From Hyphomicrobiaceae bacterium (GTDB lineage Bacteria; Pseudomonadota; Alphaproteobacteria; Rhizobiales; Hyphomicrobiaceae): a stretch of DNA of 64,000 bases. The position numbers and the translations under genes are program-made. The stretch is from positions 4,247 through 68,246 of the forward strand of contig JBGGME010000045.1 in the NCBI GenBank assembly GCA_041288195.1, read 5' to 3'. Positions 54,218 to 63,972 of the stretch are shown here, one piece after another; the stretch's first letter is position 1; every line of letters begins with the position of its first letter. The notes below the pieces were generated by a model, which saw only the letters and a list, made by a program, of their open reading frames with translations, had not been told where the DNA came from and did no database searches.

Positions 54218-56482
54218 ATGAGCGAGGCAGTCGCGACTCGTGAGAGCGGAGGAGTGTTCGCGGGGTTCGCCGGGCTGGCGCGGGCTCTCAGCGCGCTGCG
54301 GGCGCCGTTCGCCATGGCAGGGCTGACGATCCTGGCGCTGTGGCTGCCGCAGCAGGTGCGCGAGGTGTACCGCGTGCTGGCGCAGCCGGTGGCGGCTCAA
54401 CCGTCGACCCTGCAGTGGCAGTGGGTGCTGGCGGCGGTGTCGCTGGGCCTGCTGGCGATCGTGCTGTGGCAGGCGAGCCGCGAGATCGCGCACCTGGCCT
54501 CCGCGGACCAGAGCCTCGATCGGCAGCCGGTCGCAAAGGCGGTGCTGGATTGGGCGCCCCGGCTGTTCGCCACGGCCCCCTTCGTCGGCGTCGCGCTCGG
54601 CACCTGGTACAGCTTCCTCCCCAGCAAGCGCACGGACGACGATGGCGTCCCGGCCGTGCTCCTGCCGATCTTCAAGGATGCCGGCGCACTGCAGGCGGCG
54701 CTGGCCACCCAGGCCATGCTGGCGTGCGCGGCGGCGCTCGCCGTGTTCGTCGTGATCACGCTGTTCGAGCGCATCTTTCTGCGGATCGGGCCGGCGCGGC
54801 AGCTGACGGAGACCAAAGCCCGCAAGCTGTCGCTCATCAACAACTGGTTCCTGTTTCCGCTCGTCGGCGTCGTCTCGATGGTGGCGTTCGCCCTCTATCC
54901 CGACATCCTGCCGCAATACTTCGGCGTGATCCCGATCTTTGCCCTGTGGGTGACGATCGTCACGGTCCTGGCGTGCGCGGGCACGCGCTTCCACGACGTC
55001 TCCGGCATTCCCGTCATCACGATTGCCGTGCTGGCCGTGTTCCTGTTCCAGTTCGCCGGCTGGAGCGACAACCACAAGTTCCGCCACAGCGACACCGCGA
55101 CCGTGAAGCGCCCCGCGCTCGACGAGGCCTTCGCCGACTGGATCGCCTCCCGCAAGGATGCCGCGGCCTACCAGGGCAAGACCTATCCCATCTACATCGT
55201 CGCGGCGCAGGGCGGGGGCATCTACGCGGCATACCGCACGGCCAAGATCCTCGCGCGCCTGCAGGACCTCTGTCCCAACTTCGCCCAGCACGTGTTCGCC
55301 ATCAGCTCGGTCTCGGGCGGGAGCCTGGGCGCTGGGATCTTCTCGGCCCTGGTGCAGAGAAAGCCCGGCAACGTGGAGCCGCAGGCGTGCAAGCAGGCCT
55401 ACGGGGACGCTCCCGGCCCGCTCGAAAGCGAGACGCAGAAGCTGCTGTCGGACGACTACCTGTCCCCGCTGGTGTGGTCGGGCCTGTTCCCCGACTTCGT
55501 GCAGCGCTTCCTCCCGGTCCCGATCTACGCCTGGGATCGCGCGGTGACGCTCGAGAAGAGCTTCGAGACCGCATGGAAGACGCACATCGGCGGCGACAAC
55601 CCGTTCGCGAGATCGTTCTTTGCCCTGTGCGGACCCGGCTCGACCAAGTGCCCCAGGGAGGACGCCGCGGCCCCGGCGCTGTTCCTCAACACCACGAACG
55701 TGGAGACCGGCGCGCAGATGGTGCTGAGCCCGACCTGGCTCGGGCAGGCCTACATCCTCGGCACGGGCGTCATCGAGGACTTCCACCGCAAGTCCGCCGT
55801 CATCAAGGACATTCCGCTCAGCACCGCGATCGGCCTGAGCGCGCGCTTCCCGTGGATCCTGCCGGTGGGCTGGTACGAGTTCACCATTCCCCCGCCGCTC
55901 GGCACCAACGAGAAGCCGCAGAACCGCCGTCTGACCTTCGTCGACGGCGGCTACTCGGAGGGCTCCGGCGCCGCCACGGCGGAGAACCTGGCCCAGTACC
56001 TCGTCAAGTACGCCGAGTTCAACCCGCAGGCGATGCGGGGGCTCAAGATCGCCCCCAAGATCATCATGATCGGCGGCAGCTACGAGCCGGTGGACCAGTT
56101 CTACCAGACCGAGGCCTACAGGCGCTCCTATGACGAGGCCACGGCACCTCTCGAGGCCCTGCTGCGGGCCTGGGGGTCGCGCAGCACGACGGTCGCCATC
56201 GAGGCCGGATTGGACAGGACTGCGGGGCCCTACACGGCCAGGCTGGTGCAGTTCGACAACGAGTACATACCCCTGCCGCTCGGCTGGCAGATCGGCACGC
56301 TGTCGCGCAAATACCTGGACCTGTTCACGGGCCGGCCGCAGAACTGCGTGCGCAGGCCGGCCGGCGATGTCGGCGACGACGAGGCCCGCGGCGCGCTCGC
56401 CGTCATCAACAGCAACGACTGCATGGTGCGGGAGGTGATCGAGGACCTCCAGCCGGGCCCCGCCACGTCCGGCACCCGCTGA
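54218..56482 (+). CDS. Membrane-anchored patatin-like phospholipase
   Basis: N-terminal ~270 aa with several TM helices. Then AAQGGGIYAA (oxyanion GGG), ISSVSGGSLGA (GxSxG-type) and FVDGGYSEG (DGG). Start ATG 54218 within ORF 53798..56482. Confidence 0.75.
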   Translation: MSEAVATRESGGVFAGFAGLARALSALRAPFAMAGLTILALWLPQQVREVYRVLAQPVAAQPSTLQWQWVLAAVSLGLLAIVLWQASREIAHLASADQSLDRQPVAKAVLDWAPRLFATAPFVGVALGTWYSFLPSKRTDDDGVPAVLLPIFKDAGALQAALATQAMLACAAALAVFVVITLFERIFLRIGPARQLTETKARKLSLINNWFLFPLVGVVSMVAFALYPDILPQYFGVIPIFALWVTIVTVLACAGTRFHDVSGIPVITIAVLAVFLFQFAGWSDNHKFRHSDTATVKRPALDEAFADWIASRKDAAAYQGKTYPIYIVAAQGGGIYAAYRTAKILARLQDLCPNFAQHVFAISSVSGGSLGAGIFSALVQRKPGNVEPQACKQAYGDAPGPLESETQKLLSDDYLSPLVWSGLFPDFVQRFLPVPIYAWDRAVTLEKSFETAWKTHIGGDNPFARSFFALCGPGSTKCPREDAAAPALFLNTTNVETGAQMVLSPTWLGQAYILGTGVIEDFHRKSAVIKDIPLSTAIGLSARFPWILPVGWYEFTIPPPLGTNEKPQNRRLTFVDGGYSEGSGAATAENLAQYLVKYAEFNPQAMRGLKIAPKIIMIGGSYEPVDQFYQTEAYRRSYDEATAPLEALLRAWGSRSTTVAIEAGLDRTAGPYTARLVQFDNEYIPLPLGWQIGTLSRKYLDLFTGRPQNCVRRPAGDVGDDEARGALAVINSNDCMVREVIEDLQPGPATSGTR

Positions 56483-56571
56483 GCGCGCGGTCCAATTGTC
56501 GCACGGCGGAGCAACGCCCCTCCTTGCGCGGAATGCGCATCCTTGCCGCGGGCGTCCAGGACCGCGCTTTC

Positions 56572-56600
56572 TTGACACCCTGGGGACCCGTCCCTAATGT
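56572..56600 (+). promoter_or_regulatory. Candidate sigma70-type promoter of the F0 operon
   Basis: TTGACA (56572..56577), 17-nt spacer, TAATGT (56595..56600), ~40-70 nt upstream of atpI. Confidence 0.35.
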
Positions 56601-56639
56601 GCGGCCGCGTTCGATGGGCCCCCCGGGGGGAGTCGGGTC

Positions 56640-57083
56640 TTGGAGCCGCCTCCCACCGAGGACGTGAGTCGTATGCCCGATCCAGCCAAAGACCGAAGCT
56701 CTGGCCCCGGCCAGATGAGCCCTGAGGAGTTGGCTGCGTTCGAGCACCGGGTCTCCGACCTCGGTGAGCGCCTGGACAAGGTCAAGGCGCAGCAGAAGGC
56801 AGACGCGCAAGCCGATCTCGATGCCGAGACGCGCGGGCGCGGCATGGCCTACGGCATGCGCATGTCGGCCGAGCTCGTCGGCGCGGTGATCGTCGGTGGT
56901 TTCATCGGCATCGGATTGGACTGGTTGTTGGGCACGAAGCCCTGGCTGTTTCTGCTGTTCTTCGTGCTGGGATTTGCCGCCGGCGTGCTCAACGTGGTGA
57001 GAGCCTACGAGCGCATGCAGGCCGAGATCAGGGCCCGGACCGGCGGCAGGCTGGGGCCGACAGTGCGGGACGACGAGGACTGA
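56640..57083 (+). CDS. atpI: ATP synthase protein I (AtpI/AtpZ family)
   Basis: Small protein with two TM helices at its C-terminus, directly upstream of atpB. Start uncertain (TTG 56640 or ATG 56673). Confidence 0.75.
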   Translation: MEPPPTEDVSRMPDPAKDRSSGPGQMSPEELAAFEHRVSDLGERLDKVKAQQKADAQADLDAETRGRGMAYGMRMSAELVGAVIVGGFIGIGLDWLLGTKPWLFLLFFVLGFAAGVLNVVRAYERMQAEIRARTGGRLGPTVRDDED

Positions 57084-57129
57084 GGGGGAGGACGTGGCAG
57101 CAGCGCAGGGGGGCAACCAAGGTACCGGC

Positions 57130-57873
57130 ATGCCCGATCCCATCCACCAGTTCGAGATCCATCCGCTCATCCCCATCAAGGCCTTCGGCTGGGATATCTC
57201 CTTCACCAACTCTTCGCTGTTCATGCTGCTGGCGGTGGTGCTGACGGCCATCTTCTTCCTCACCTCCATGCGCGCCCGCTCGCTGGTGCCGACCCGCATG
57301 CAGTCGATGGCGGAGGTCAGCTACGAGTTCGTGGCCGGCATGCTGCGCGAGAGCACGGGCGAGGCCGGGATGAAGTATTTCCCGCTCGTCTTCACGCTCT
57401 TCATCTTCATCTTCGTCTGCAACATGCTGGGCATGATCCCCGGCTTCTTCACGGTGACGAGCCACATCGTCGTCACCGCCGCGCTTGCCGGCCTCGTGTT
57501 CCTCACGGTGCTGGCCGTCGGCTTCGCCAAGAACGGCGTCAAGTTCCTCAAGCTGTTCGTGCCCGAGGGCGTGCCGATCTACGTGCTGCCGCTGGTGACG
57601 CTGATCGAGATCATCTCGTTCCTGTCGCGCCCGATCAGCCACTCGGTGCGGCTGTTTGCCAACATGCTCGCCGGCCACATCACGCTCAAGGTGTTCGGCG
57701 GATTCGTCGTCATGCTGCTGGGCGCCGGCAGTTTCGCGGCCCTGTCGCCGCTGCCGCTGCTGATGGCGGTGGCGCTGACCGCGCTGGAGGTGCTGGTGGC
57801 GTTCCTGCAGGCCTACGTCTTCACCATGCTGACCTGCATGTACCTCAACGACGCGCTGCATCCGGGACACTAG
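57130..57873 (+). CDS. atpB: F0 ATP synthase subunit a
   Basis: PIHQFEI..., conserved [14 protein letters not shown] (essential Arg). Internal ATG 57130. Confidence 0.93.
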   Translation: MPDPIHQFEIHPLIPIKAFGWDISFTNSSLFMLLAVVLTAIFFLTSMRARSLVPTRMQSMAEVSYEFVAGMLRESTGEAGMKYFPLVFTLFIFIFVCNMLGMIPGFFTVTSHIVVTAALAGLVFLTVLAVGFAKNGVKFLKLFVPEGVPIYVLPLVTLIEIISFLSRPISHSVRLFANMLAGHITLKVFGGFVVMLLGAGSFAALSPLPLLMAVALTALEVLVAFLQAYVFTMLTCMYLNDALHPGH

Positions 57874-57926
57874 ATCAAGACGCTTCACCGCTTACCCGCT
57901 CAACCCACGAAAGGGAGTAGACATCC

Positions 57927-58151
57927 ATGGATCCCGCCTCCGCGAAGCTCATCGGCGCCGGCCTTGCCGCCATCGGCACGGGAGCTGCCGCCATCGGCGT
58001 CGGCAACCTGTTCGGCCAGTTCCTGCAGGGCGCGCTGCGCAACCCCTCCGCTGCCGACGGCCAGTTCGGACGCCTGATCTTCGGCTTCGCCGTGACCGAG
58101 GCGCTCGGCATCTTCGCGCTGCTGATCGCCTTCCTGCTGCTGTTCACCTGA
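57927..58151 (+). CDS. atpE: F0 ATP synthase subunit c
   Basis: 74-aa hairpin, ARNP-like loop (LRNPSAA), carboxylate in [10 protein letters not shown]. Confidence 0.95.
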   Translation: MDPASAKLIGAGLAAIGTGAAAIGVGNLFGQFLQGALRNPSAADGQFGRLIFGFAVTEALGIFALLIAFLLLFT

Positions 58152-58182
58152 TCGCGGGAGACCGCAAAGCGGGATTGACCCC

Positions 58183-58722
58183 ATGGCGCAGAAAGCGGGC
58201 ACCTCCGTCCCGGAGAGCGGAGCACACGCCAAGGTGTTTCCGCCGCTCGATCCGAACACCTTCGCGCCGCAGCTCGTGTGGCTGGCGCTGACCTTCGGCC
58301 TGCTCTACCTGATCCTCAAACGGGTGGCGCTGCCGCGGGTCGGCGAGGTCATCGAGGAGCGTGCCGACCGGGTCAAGCGCGACCTGGCGCAGGCCGAGAA
58401 GCTCAAGACCGACACCGCGGCCGCGCTTGCCGAGTACGAGCAGGCGCTCGCCGAGGCGCGCACCAAGTCCAATGCCCTCGCCAAGGCTGCGCGCGACAAG
58501 CTCACCGCCGAGATCGACGGAGAGCGCGCCAAGGTGGAGGCACTGATCGCGGCCAAGCTCACCGAGGCCGAACGGCGCATAGCCGACACCAAGACGCGGG
58601 CGCTCGCCAACGTCAGCGACATCGCCGGCGAGGTGGCCGGCGCCATCGTGGCACGGCTGACCGGCAAGGAAGCCACCAAGGACGAGGTCGCCAAGGCCTT
58701 GGCCCGGCGCGCGGCGGAGTAG
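58183..58722 (+). CDS. F0 ATP synthase subunit b'
   Basis: Single N-terminal TM plus a long charged helix. It is the first of two b-type genes, as in alphaproteobacteria. Confidence 0.85.
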   Translation: MAQKAGTSVPESGAHAKVFPPLDPNTFAPQLVWLALTFGLLYLILKRVALPRVGEVIEERADRVKRDLAQAEKLKTDTAAALAEYEQALAEARTKSNALAKAARDKLTAEIDGERAKVEALIAAKLTEAERRIADTKTRALANVSDIAGEVAGAIVARLTGKEATKDEVAKALARRAAE

Positions 58723-58734
58723 GAGCGTCCCATC

Positions 58735-59220
58735 ATGATGGCAATGGCGGAATTCTGGGTCGCGGTCGCCTTCTTCGTGTTCCTGGTGATCCTCGTCTAC
58801 TACAAGGTGCCCGGCATGATCGCCAAGGCGCTCGACGAGCGCGCCGATGCGATCAGGCGGGAGCTCGACGAGGCCCGGCGCCTGCGCGAGGAGGCGCAGA
58901 AGCTGCTCGCCGACTACCAGGCCAAGCACCGCAACGTCGGCGCGGAAGCCGATGCCATCGTCGACCTCGCCCGCCGCGAGGCCGAGGCCCTGGCGCACGA
59001 GACGCGGGCCTCGCTCAAGGACACGCTCGAGCGCCGTACCAAGCTGGCCGAGGAGAAGATCGCCCGGGCCGAGGCGCAGGCGCTCGACGAGGTGCGTGCC
59101 TCCGCCATCGACGCGGCGGTGGCGGCGGCGGAGAGGCTCCTGCGCGAGAAGGCGTCGGGCGCCGCCGGCGCCCAGCTCGTCGACCAGAGCATCCGCGACC
59201 TCAAGGGCCGCATGAACTGA
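58735..59220 (+). CDS. atpF: F0 ATP synthase subunit b
   Basis: N-terminal TM FWVAVAFFVFLVILVYY, then a charged coiled helix. 161 aa. Confidence 0.88.
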   Translation: MMAMAEFWVAVAFFVFLVILVYYKVPGMIAKALDERADAIRRELDEARRLREEAQKLLADYQAKHRNVGAEADAIVDLARREAEALAHETRASLKDTLERRTKLAEEKIARAEAQALDEVRASAIDAAVAAAERLLREKASGAAGAQLVDQSIRDLKGRMN

Positions 59221-59293
59221 CGGCGGGCCCGGGGGGCCTGTCTCCTGGAGGGCCAACCGCATTCGGCTGCGCCCGCGGCCGCCCCTCGCAGCC

Positions 59294-60505
59294 CTAAGTA
59301 GCCAAGCGATGGCGCGCGGCTCGCTGGGCGCCTTCGTACCATCTCGACATCAGCTCGATCGCCAGCCACGTCGCGATCGCGCAGCCCAGCAAGGCGTAGA
59401 GCGCGATCTGCCATCCGACGCGGTCGACGACCAGGGCGAATATCGCCGGCGCGAAGGCGTTGACGAGCAGCACCGGCGTCGCGATCAGCCCCAGCACGGT
59501 GCCGTAGCCCTGGGCGCCGAACAGCGCCAACGGGACGGCGCCGCGAACGATCGTGACGACCCCCTGCGAGGCCCCCAGCAGCAGCGTGAAAGCGATGAGC
59601 TGCCAAAGGTCGCCCCGCGCCAGCAGCAGCAGCACCAGCGCTGCCGGCAACACGCCTATGGCGATGCGCGCGATGGTCATTGCCTTGAGGTTGCGGCCGA
59701 AGAATATCTCGACGAGCCGGCCGGCGAACTGGCCATGGCCCTTGAGCGAGGCAACCCACACCGCCGCAGCAGCAGCCAGACCCGCCGCCTCGAGCAGCGG
59801 CACGAGCTGCAGCGACACGACGCCGAAGACGAAGCCGTTGAGCGACATGATGAGCGCAAAAAGAACCATGCCGACGATGCGCATGCGGCCCTCGAGCACG
59901 GGGCCATCCGGCGAGGTCTGGGTAGGCTTGGGGGCGGCCGTCTCCGTCGTCGACTCGCGCCACGAGAGACCGAGCCAGTTGAGCGGCAGGCAGATTGCAA
60001 GGTTGATGCCCGCGAAGATCATCAGCGTGCCGCGCCAGCCATAGGCGTCGTTCAGATAGTGGCCGATCACCCAGAAGACCGTGGAGGCGTAGGCGCCATA
60101 GAGCGTGAGGTATGAGATGGCCGCGCGGCCGCGCGTCGGCGTCACCTGCACCAGGGCGGCAAACGCCGCGTCGTAGAGGCAGCAACGCATGCCCACGCCG
60201 ATCACCGCCCACACCGCCAGCCAGCTCGCCTGATCGCGAACCTGCGACAGCGCAAGCAGCCCGGCCGAGACAATGACCGTGCCGACCGACATCACCGCGC
60301 GGGCGCCGGCCCGATCAATGAGCCGGCCAACCCATGTCGAGATGAAGCCCATCGTCAGGAGCGCGACCGTGAAGCCGAGAAACACCGTGCTGGAGCTCCA
60401 GCCGGTCTCGGCGACGATCGGCTTTGCCAGGACGCCCAGGCAGTAGTAGCTGGTGCCCCAAGCCGTGATCTGGGTAATGCCAAGCGCGTTGACCGCGATC
60501 ACCAT
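59294..60505 (-). CDS. MFS transporter
   Basis: ~12 TM segments with an MFS loop motif (GRLIDRAGAR). Start is an internal ATG at 60505. Confidence 0.8.
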   Translation of the reverse strand: MVIAVNALGITQITAWGTSYYCLGVLAKPIVAETGWSSSTVFLGFTVALLTMGFISTWVGRLIDRAGARAVMSVGTVIVSAGLLALSQVRDQASWLAVWAVIGVGMRCCLYDAAFAALVQVTPTRGRAAISYLTLYGAYASTVFWVIGHYLNDAYGWRGTLMIFAGINLAICLPLNWLGLSWRESTTETAAPKPTQTSPDGPVLEGRMRIVGMVLFALIMSLNGFVFGVVSLQLVPLLEAAGLAAAAAVWVASLKGHGQFAGRLVEIFFGRNLKAMTIARIAIGVLPAALVLLLLARGDLWQLIAFTLLLGASQGVVTIVRGAVPLALFGAQGYGTVLGLIATPVLLVNAFAPAIFALVVDRVGWQIALYALLGCAIATWLAIELMSRWYEGAQRAARHRLAT

Positions 60506-60602
60506 GGGGTCGGCCCGCCAGCGGCGCCCCAACCCAACATCCCCCTGCATGCTTGCCGGCCTCCGATCTTGACATCTAATGTTCTAGTGGTATGGATATT
60601 AC

Positions 60603-60935
60603 ATGATTGGACGCAAGCAGCAACGGGAACAAGCAGCCGCCGACGCCCTGGCGGCGCTGGGCAACCGCACCCGTCTGCGCATTTTCAAGCTCCTCGTCCG
60701 CGCTGGTCGCGAGGGGGTGAACATCGGCACCCTACAACGCATGCTCGGCATTCCCGCAACAACTCTTGGCCACCATCTGGGCACGCTTGCGAAGGCGGGT
60801 CTGGTCGACCAAGAGCGTCGCAGCCGCGAGGTGATCTGCACCGCCAACTACAAGGCCGTGAACGAAATCCTGGACTACGTCCGCGAGGAATGCTGCGCCG
60901 GCCTCGAAACTGGCGAAGACACCGAGGCGGCGTGA
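60603..60935 (+). CDS. ArsR/SmtB family transcriptional regulator with C-terminal Cys pair
   Basis: ALGNRTRLRIFKLL, wHTH GIPATTLGHHLGTLAKAGLV, C-terminal EECCAG. Confidence 0.85.
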   Translation: MIGRKQQREQAAADALAALGNRTRLRIFKLLVRAGREGVNIGTLQRMLGIPATTLGHHLGTLAKAGLVDQERRSREVICTANYKAVNEILDYVREECCAGLETGEDTEAA

Positions 60936-60942
60936 TTTTTTT
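60896..60942 (+). terminator. Terminator-like hairpin plus T7 spanning the arsR-like stop codon
   Basis: CGCCGGCCTCG...CGAGGCGGCG stem (one bulge, 16-nt loop), then TGA and TTTTTTT (60936..60942), 37 nt before the permease ATG. Confidence 0.35.
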
Positions 60943-60978
60943 GGCTCAAAACATCTAGTAACCTAGAGGAATAGATAC

Positions 60979-62019
60979 ATGTCGATCCAGACGATCTTGG
61001 CAGAAGCCCGCGAGTGGCGCTCTCTTCGGCTCGACCCGGCCTGGGTTGCGGTGGCGGCCATCTTCGCTGCCCTTGCCGCAACCGTGCCGCAGCAAGCAGC
61101 GCTCTCGGCGGTGTTCACGGCCAAGGCGGTCTGGAGCGTCCTGCCCTTCTTTGCTTTGTCGATCGGCCTTGCGGCCTATGCAAAGGCAACGGGTGCCGAG
61201 AACCTCATCGCCAAGGCGTTCTCGGGTAGGGCGGAGCTGATGGTCCTGTTTGCGAGCCTGATGGGTGCGCTATCGCCCTTCTGCTCGTGCGGCGTCATTC
61301 CCATCATCGCAGCGCTGCTTGCATCTGGTGTCCCACTCGCCCCAGTGATGGCCTTCTGGCTGGCGTCCCCGCTCATGGACCCGTCCATGTTCGCCATCAC
61401 CGCCGGGGTGCTCGGCTTTCAGTTTGCGGTCGCCAAGACCATTGCGGCGGTTGCCATCGGGCTGCTGGGCGGCTTCGGCGTGCTGGCGATACAGCGCTTC
61501 GGAATCCTGGTCGGTCCATCGCTGCGTGACGGCATCGGCAATGGCGGCTGCGCGGGGTCGAAGATTCGCAATCCCAAGGCGGTCGCCTGGCGCTATTGGC
61601 AGGAACCCGCCCGACGAGAGGCCTTCTGGACCAGCGCGCGGCAGAACGCGCTCTTTCTCGGGAAGTGGCTCGTTCTCGCCTTCGTGCTCGAAAGCCTGAT
61701 GGTTGCCTATGTGCCCAGGGATCTGGTGGCGAGCGTCGCCGGCGATGGCGGCTTCCTGTCGATCTTGGGCGCCACGCTCGTCGGCATTCCGAGCTACCTC
61801 AACGGCAACGCCGCTCTGCCCCTCGTCGCGGGGTTGATGGCCAAAGGCATGGCTCCCGGGGCCGCCATGGCGTTCCTCGTCGGCGGCGGGGTGACGTCCA
61901 TCCCTGCGGCGCTCGCGGTGTGGGGCGTGGCGCGGCGGGCCGTGTTTGCAGCCTATCTCGGATTTGCAACGCTGGGCGCCATACTCTCAGGGCTCCTGTT
62001 CCAGATCGCAGTCGGCTGA
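60979..62019 (+). CDS. Permease of the UPF0718/ArsP-like family
   Basis: Polytopic membrane protein with SPFCSCGVIP, resembling the FCSC motif of ArsP-type permeases. Confidence 0.7.
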   Translation: MSIQTILAEAREWRSLRLDPAWVAVAAIFAALAATVPQQAALSAVFTAKAVWSVLPFFALSIGLAAYAKATGAENLIAKAFSGRAELMVLFASLMGALSPFCSCGVIPIIAALLASGVPLAPVMAFWLASPLMDPSMFAITAGVLGFQFAVAKTIAAVAIGLLGGFGVLAIQRFGILVGPSLRDGIGNGGCAGSKIRNPKAVAWRYWQEPARREAFWTSARQNALFLGKWLVLAFVLESLMVAYVPRDLVASVAGDGGFLSILGATLVGIPSYLNGNAALPLVAGLMAKGMAPGAAMAFLVGGGVTSIPAALAVWGVARRAVFAAYLGFATLGAILSGLLFQIAVG

Positions 62020-62092
62020 CTCGGTTGACCGCGATGGCGGGTTGCATCCGCGGCGGCGCTGAGACGCCGCGGGCGCGGCCGACCTCGAGACC

Positions 62093-62467
62093 TCACGCGT
62101 ACCAGTGGGTCTCGAGCAGCAGGCAGCCGGTCTCCGACTTGAAGGGGCCGTGGACGACGCCGGGCGGGCGCACCGCGTGGGTGTAGGCGCGGAACACCTC
62201 GCCGCCATTACCCTGCGCATCGTTGCCGACGATCATGTCGCCCGACACGACGAACACCTCCTCCCAGTAGTCGTGCACGACCGGCGTGGTGGAGAAGGTG
62301 CCGGGATCGAGCCGGAACAGCCGTGTGCGGTTGCCGCGCTTGGCCGTCTCGTCGAGGGCGCCGGAGAGGATCTTCTGCTTGAAGCCCGGCGGGTAGCCAG
62401 GCGGCGTGTGCCACCCCTCACCCATGTCGACGGCATAGAACTCGCGGTGGCCCTTGTCGAAGGTCAT
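62093..62467 (-). CDS. Cupin-like small protein
   Basis: 124 aa with HDYWEEVFVVSGDM...HGPF beta-barrel-like motifs. Internal ATG 62467 of ORF 62093..62989. Confidence 0.55.
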   Translation of the reverse strand: MTFDKGHREFYAVDMGEGWHTPPGYPPGFKQKILSGALDETAKRGNRTRLFRLDPGTFSTTPVVHDYWEEVFVVSGDMIVGNDAQGNGGEVFRAYTHAVRPPGVVHGPFKSETGCLLLETHWYA

Positions 62468-62508
62468 TGCTCGCTCCGCTCCCATTGCACTGAGGAGGCG
62501 CTGTTCGC

Positions 62509-63735
62509 TCAGATCAGCTTCGCCAGCCGGGCGATGCCGTGCTCGATCTCGGCCTCCGATGCCAGAGAGTAGCTGAGGCGCAGCGCGTTGCGGGCGCGGC
62601 CGTCGAAGAAGAACGCGGCCCCCGGCACGAAGGCGACGCCGGCCTCGCTGACCGACCGCTCGAGCAGGGCGGCGCTGTCGATCCCCTCGGGCAGGCGGAC
62701 CCAGGTGAAGAGCCCGCCTTTGGGCCGCGTCCATGCCACGCCATCGGGCATGTGGGTCGCCAGCGCGGCCAGCATGGCGTCGCGGCGGCGCCGATAGGCT
62801 GCGCGCGCCGCAGCCACGCGGTCGTCGTAGATCGACTCCGCCAGGCGGTGCATGACGAGCTGGTTGATGGTGGCGCTGTTGAGGTCGGAGGCCTGCTTGA
62901 TGAGGACGAGGCGGCGCACCATGGGCCTCGGCGCGACGATCCAGCCAACCCGCAGGCCCGGCGAGAGCACCTTGGAGAAGGTGCCGCAATAGATGACGCG
63001 GGCGCGATCGATGCTGCCACGTCGGGCCACCTCCAGCGCCGCGATCGGGGGCAGGGGCTCCCCTTCGAAGCGCAGCGCCGCGTAGGCCGCATCCTCGATG
63101 ACGGGGACATCGAGCTCGTACGCGAGGTCCAGCAGGCGCTCGCGCGCGGGAAGGGACAGCGTCTCCCCCGTCGGGTTGGCGAAATCGGGCACGACGTAGG
63201 CGAACTTGACGCGCCCGCCATTGGCGGCGGCGGCATCCGCGTAGGACTGCGGCGTGCGGTTGCCATGCTCGGGGTTGAGCTCGTCGTAGCGCGGCTCGCT
63301 GCCCGAGAAGGCCTGCAGGGCGCCGAGATAGGTCGGCGCCATCACGAGCGCGGTGTCGCCGGGCGAGAGCAGCAGCCGGCCCAGGAACTCGAGGCCCTGC
63401 TGCGAGCCCGAGGTGATGACGATGTTGTCCTCCGTGCAGGGCACGCCAAGGCGAGCCATGTGCCGGACGATCCAGCTGCGCAGGCCCTGATGGCCCTCGC
63501 TCACCGAGTATTGCAGGGCGCTGCCGGCGCTCGCCCTATCGCCGAGCACCTGCACGTAGGCGGCCTCGGCCTCGCGCACGGGGAACAAGGCAGGGTCCGG
63601 GATGCCGCCCGCAAACGAGATGATGCCGGGCCGGTCCAGCAGCTTCAGCAGCTCGCGGATCTCGGAGGCGCGCATGCGCTCCGCCCTGGCCGCATAGGCC
63701 GGCTCCCACTCCGCCGCTTGCATGTGCGCGGTCAT
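62509..63735 (-). CDS. PLP-dependent aminotransferase (class I/II fold, aminoadipate/MocR-type without HTH)
   Basis: SEIRELLKLL...ISFAGGIPDP, SFSKVLSPGLRVGW (PLP Lys). Confidence 0.85.
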   Translation of the reverse strand: MTAHMQAAEWEPAYAARAERMRASEIRELLKLLDRPGIISFAGGIPDPALFPVREAEAAYVQVLGDRASAGSALQYSVSEGHQGLRSWIVRHMARLGVPCTEDNIVITSGSQQGLEFLGRLLLSPGDTALVMAPTYLGALQAFSGSEPRYDELNPEHGNRTPQSYADAAAANGGRVKFAYVVPDFANPTGETLSLPARERLLDLAYELDVPVIEDAAYAALRFEGEPLPPIAALEVARRGSIDRARVIYCGTFSKVLSPGLRVGWIVAPRPMVRRLVLIKQASDLNSATINQLVMHRLAESIYDDRVAAARAAYRRRRDAMLAALATHMPDGVAWTRPKGGLFTWVRLPEGIDSAALLERSVSEAGVAFVPGAAFFFDGRARNALRLSYSLASEAEIEHGIARLAKLI

Positions 63736-63804
63736 GACTTGGCTCCCTTGGACCCCCGGAGCCAATTATGTCAGCATTACTGACCTATTTGCAAGCGGAG
63801 CTTT

Positions 63805-63972
63805 TCATGAGCGCTGAATGCGGTGCCAGGTCGAGCGTCCGCACTTGGGGCAGGTGAAGCGCCGGCGCGGGTTGCCTGCAGCCTTCCAGCGGATGCCGCC
63901 GAGGTCCCAAATCGAGCGCTCGGTCCCGCAGTCCTCGCAGCGCGCGATCCATGCCCGGGACTCCGTCTCCAT
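63805..63972 (-). CDS. Small zinc-ribbon protein (55 aa)
   Basis: CEDCG...CPKCG pair of CxxC knuckles and high GC3. Near the window edge, so the start is uncertain. Confidence 0.45.
   Translation of the reverse strand: METESRAWIARCEDCGTERSIWDLGGIRWKAAGNPRRRFTCPKCGRSTWHRIQRS

Noticed and set aside
62020-62092. CCGCGGCG/CGCCGCGG hairpin between the convergent permease and cupin genes, as a possible terminator.
   Set aside because: It is a short 8-bp stem without a T or A tract on either side, which is too weak to call in G+C-rich DNA.
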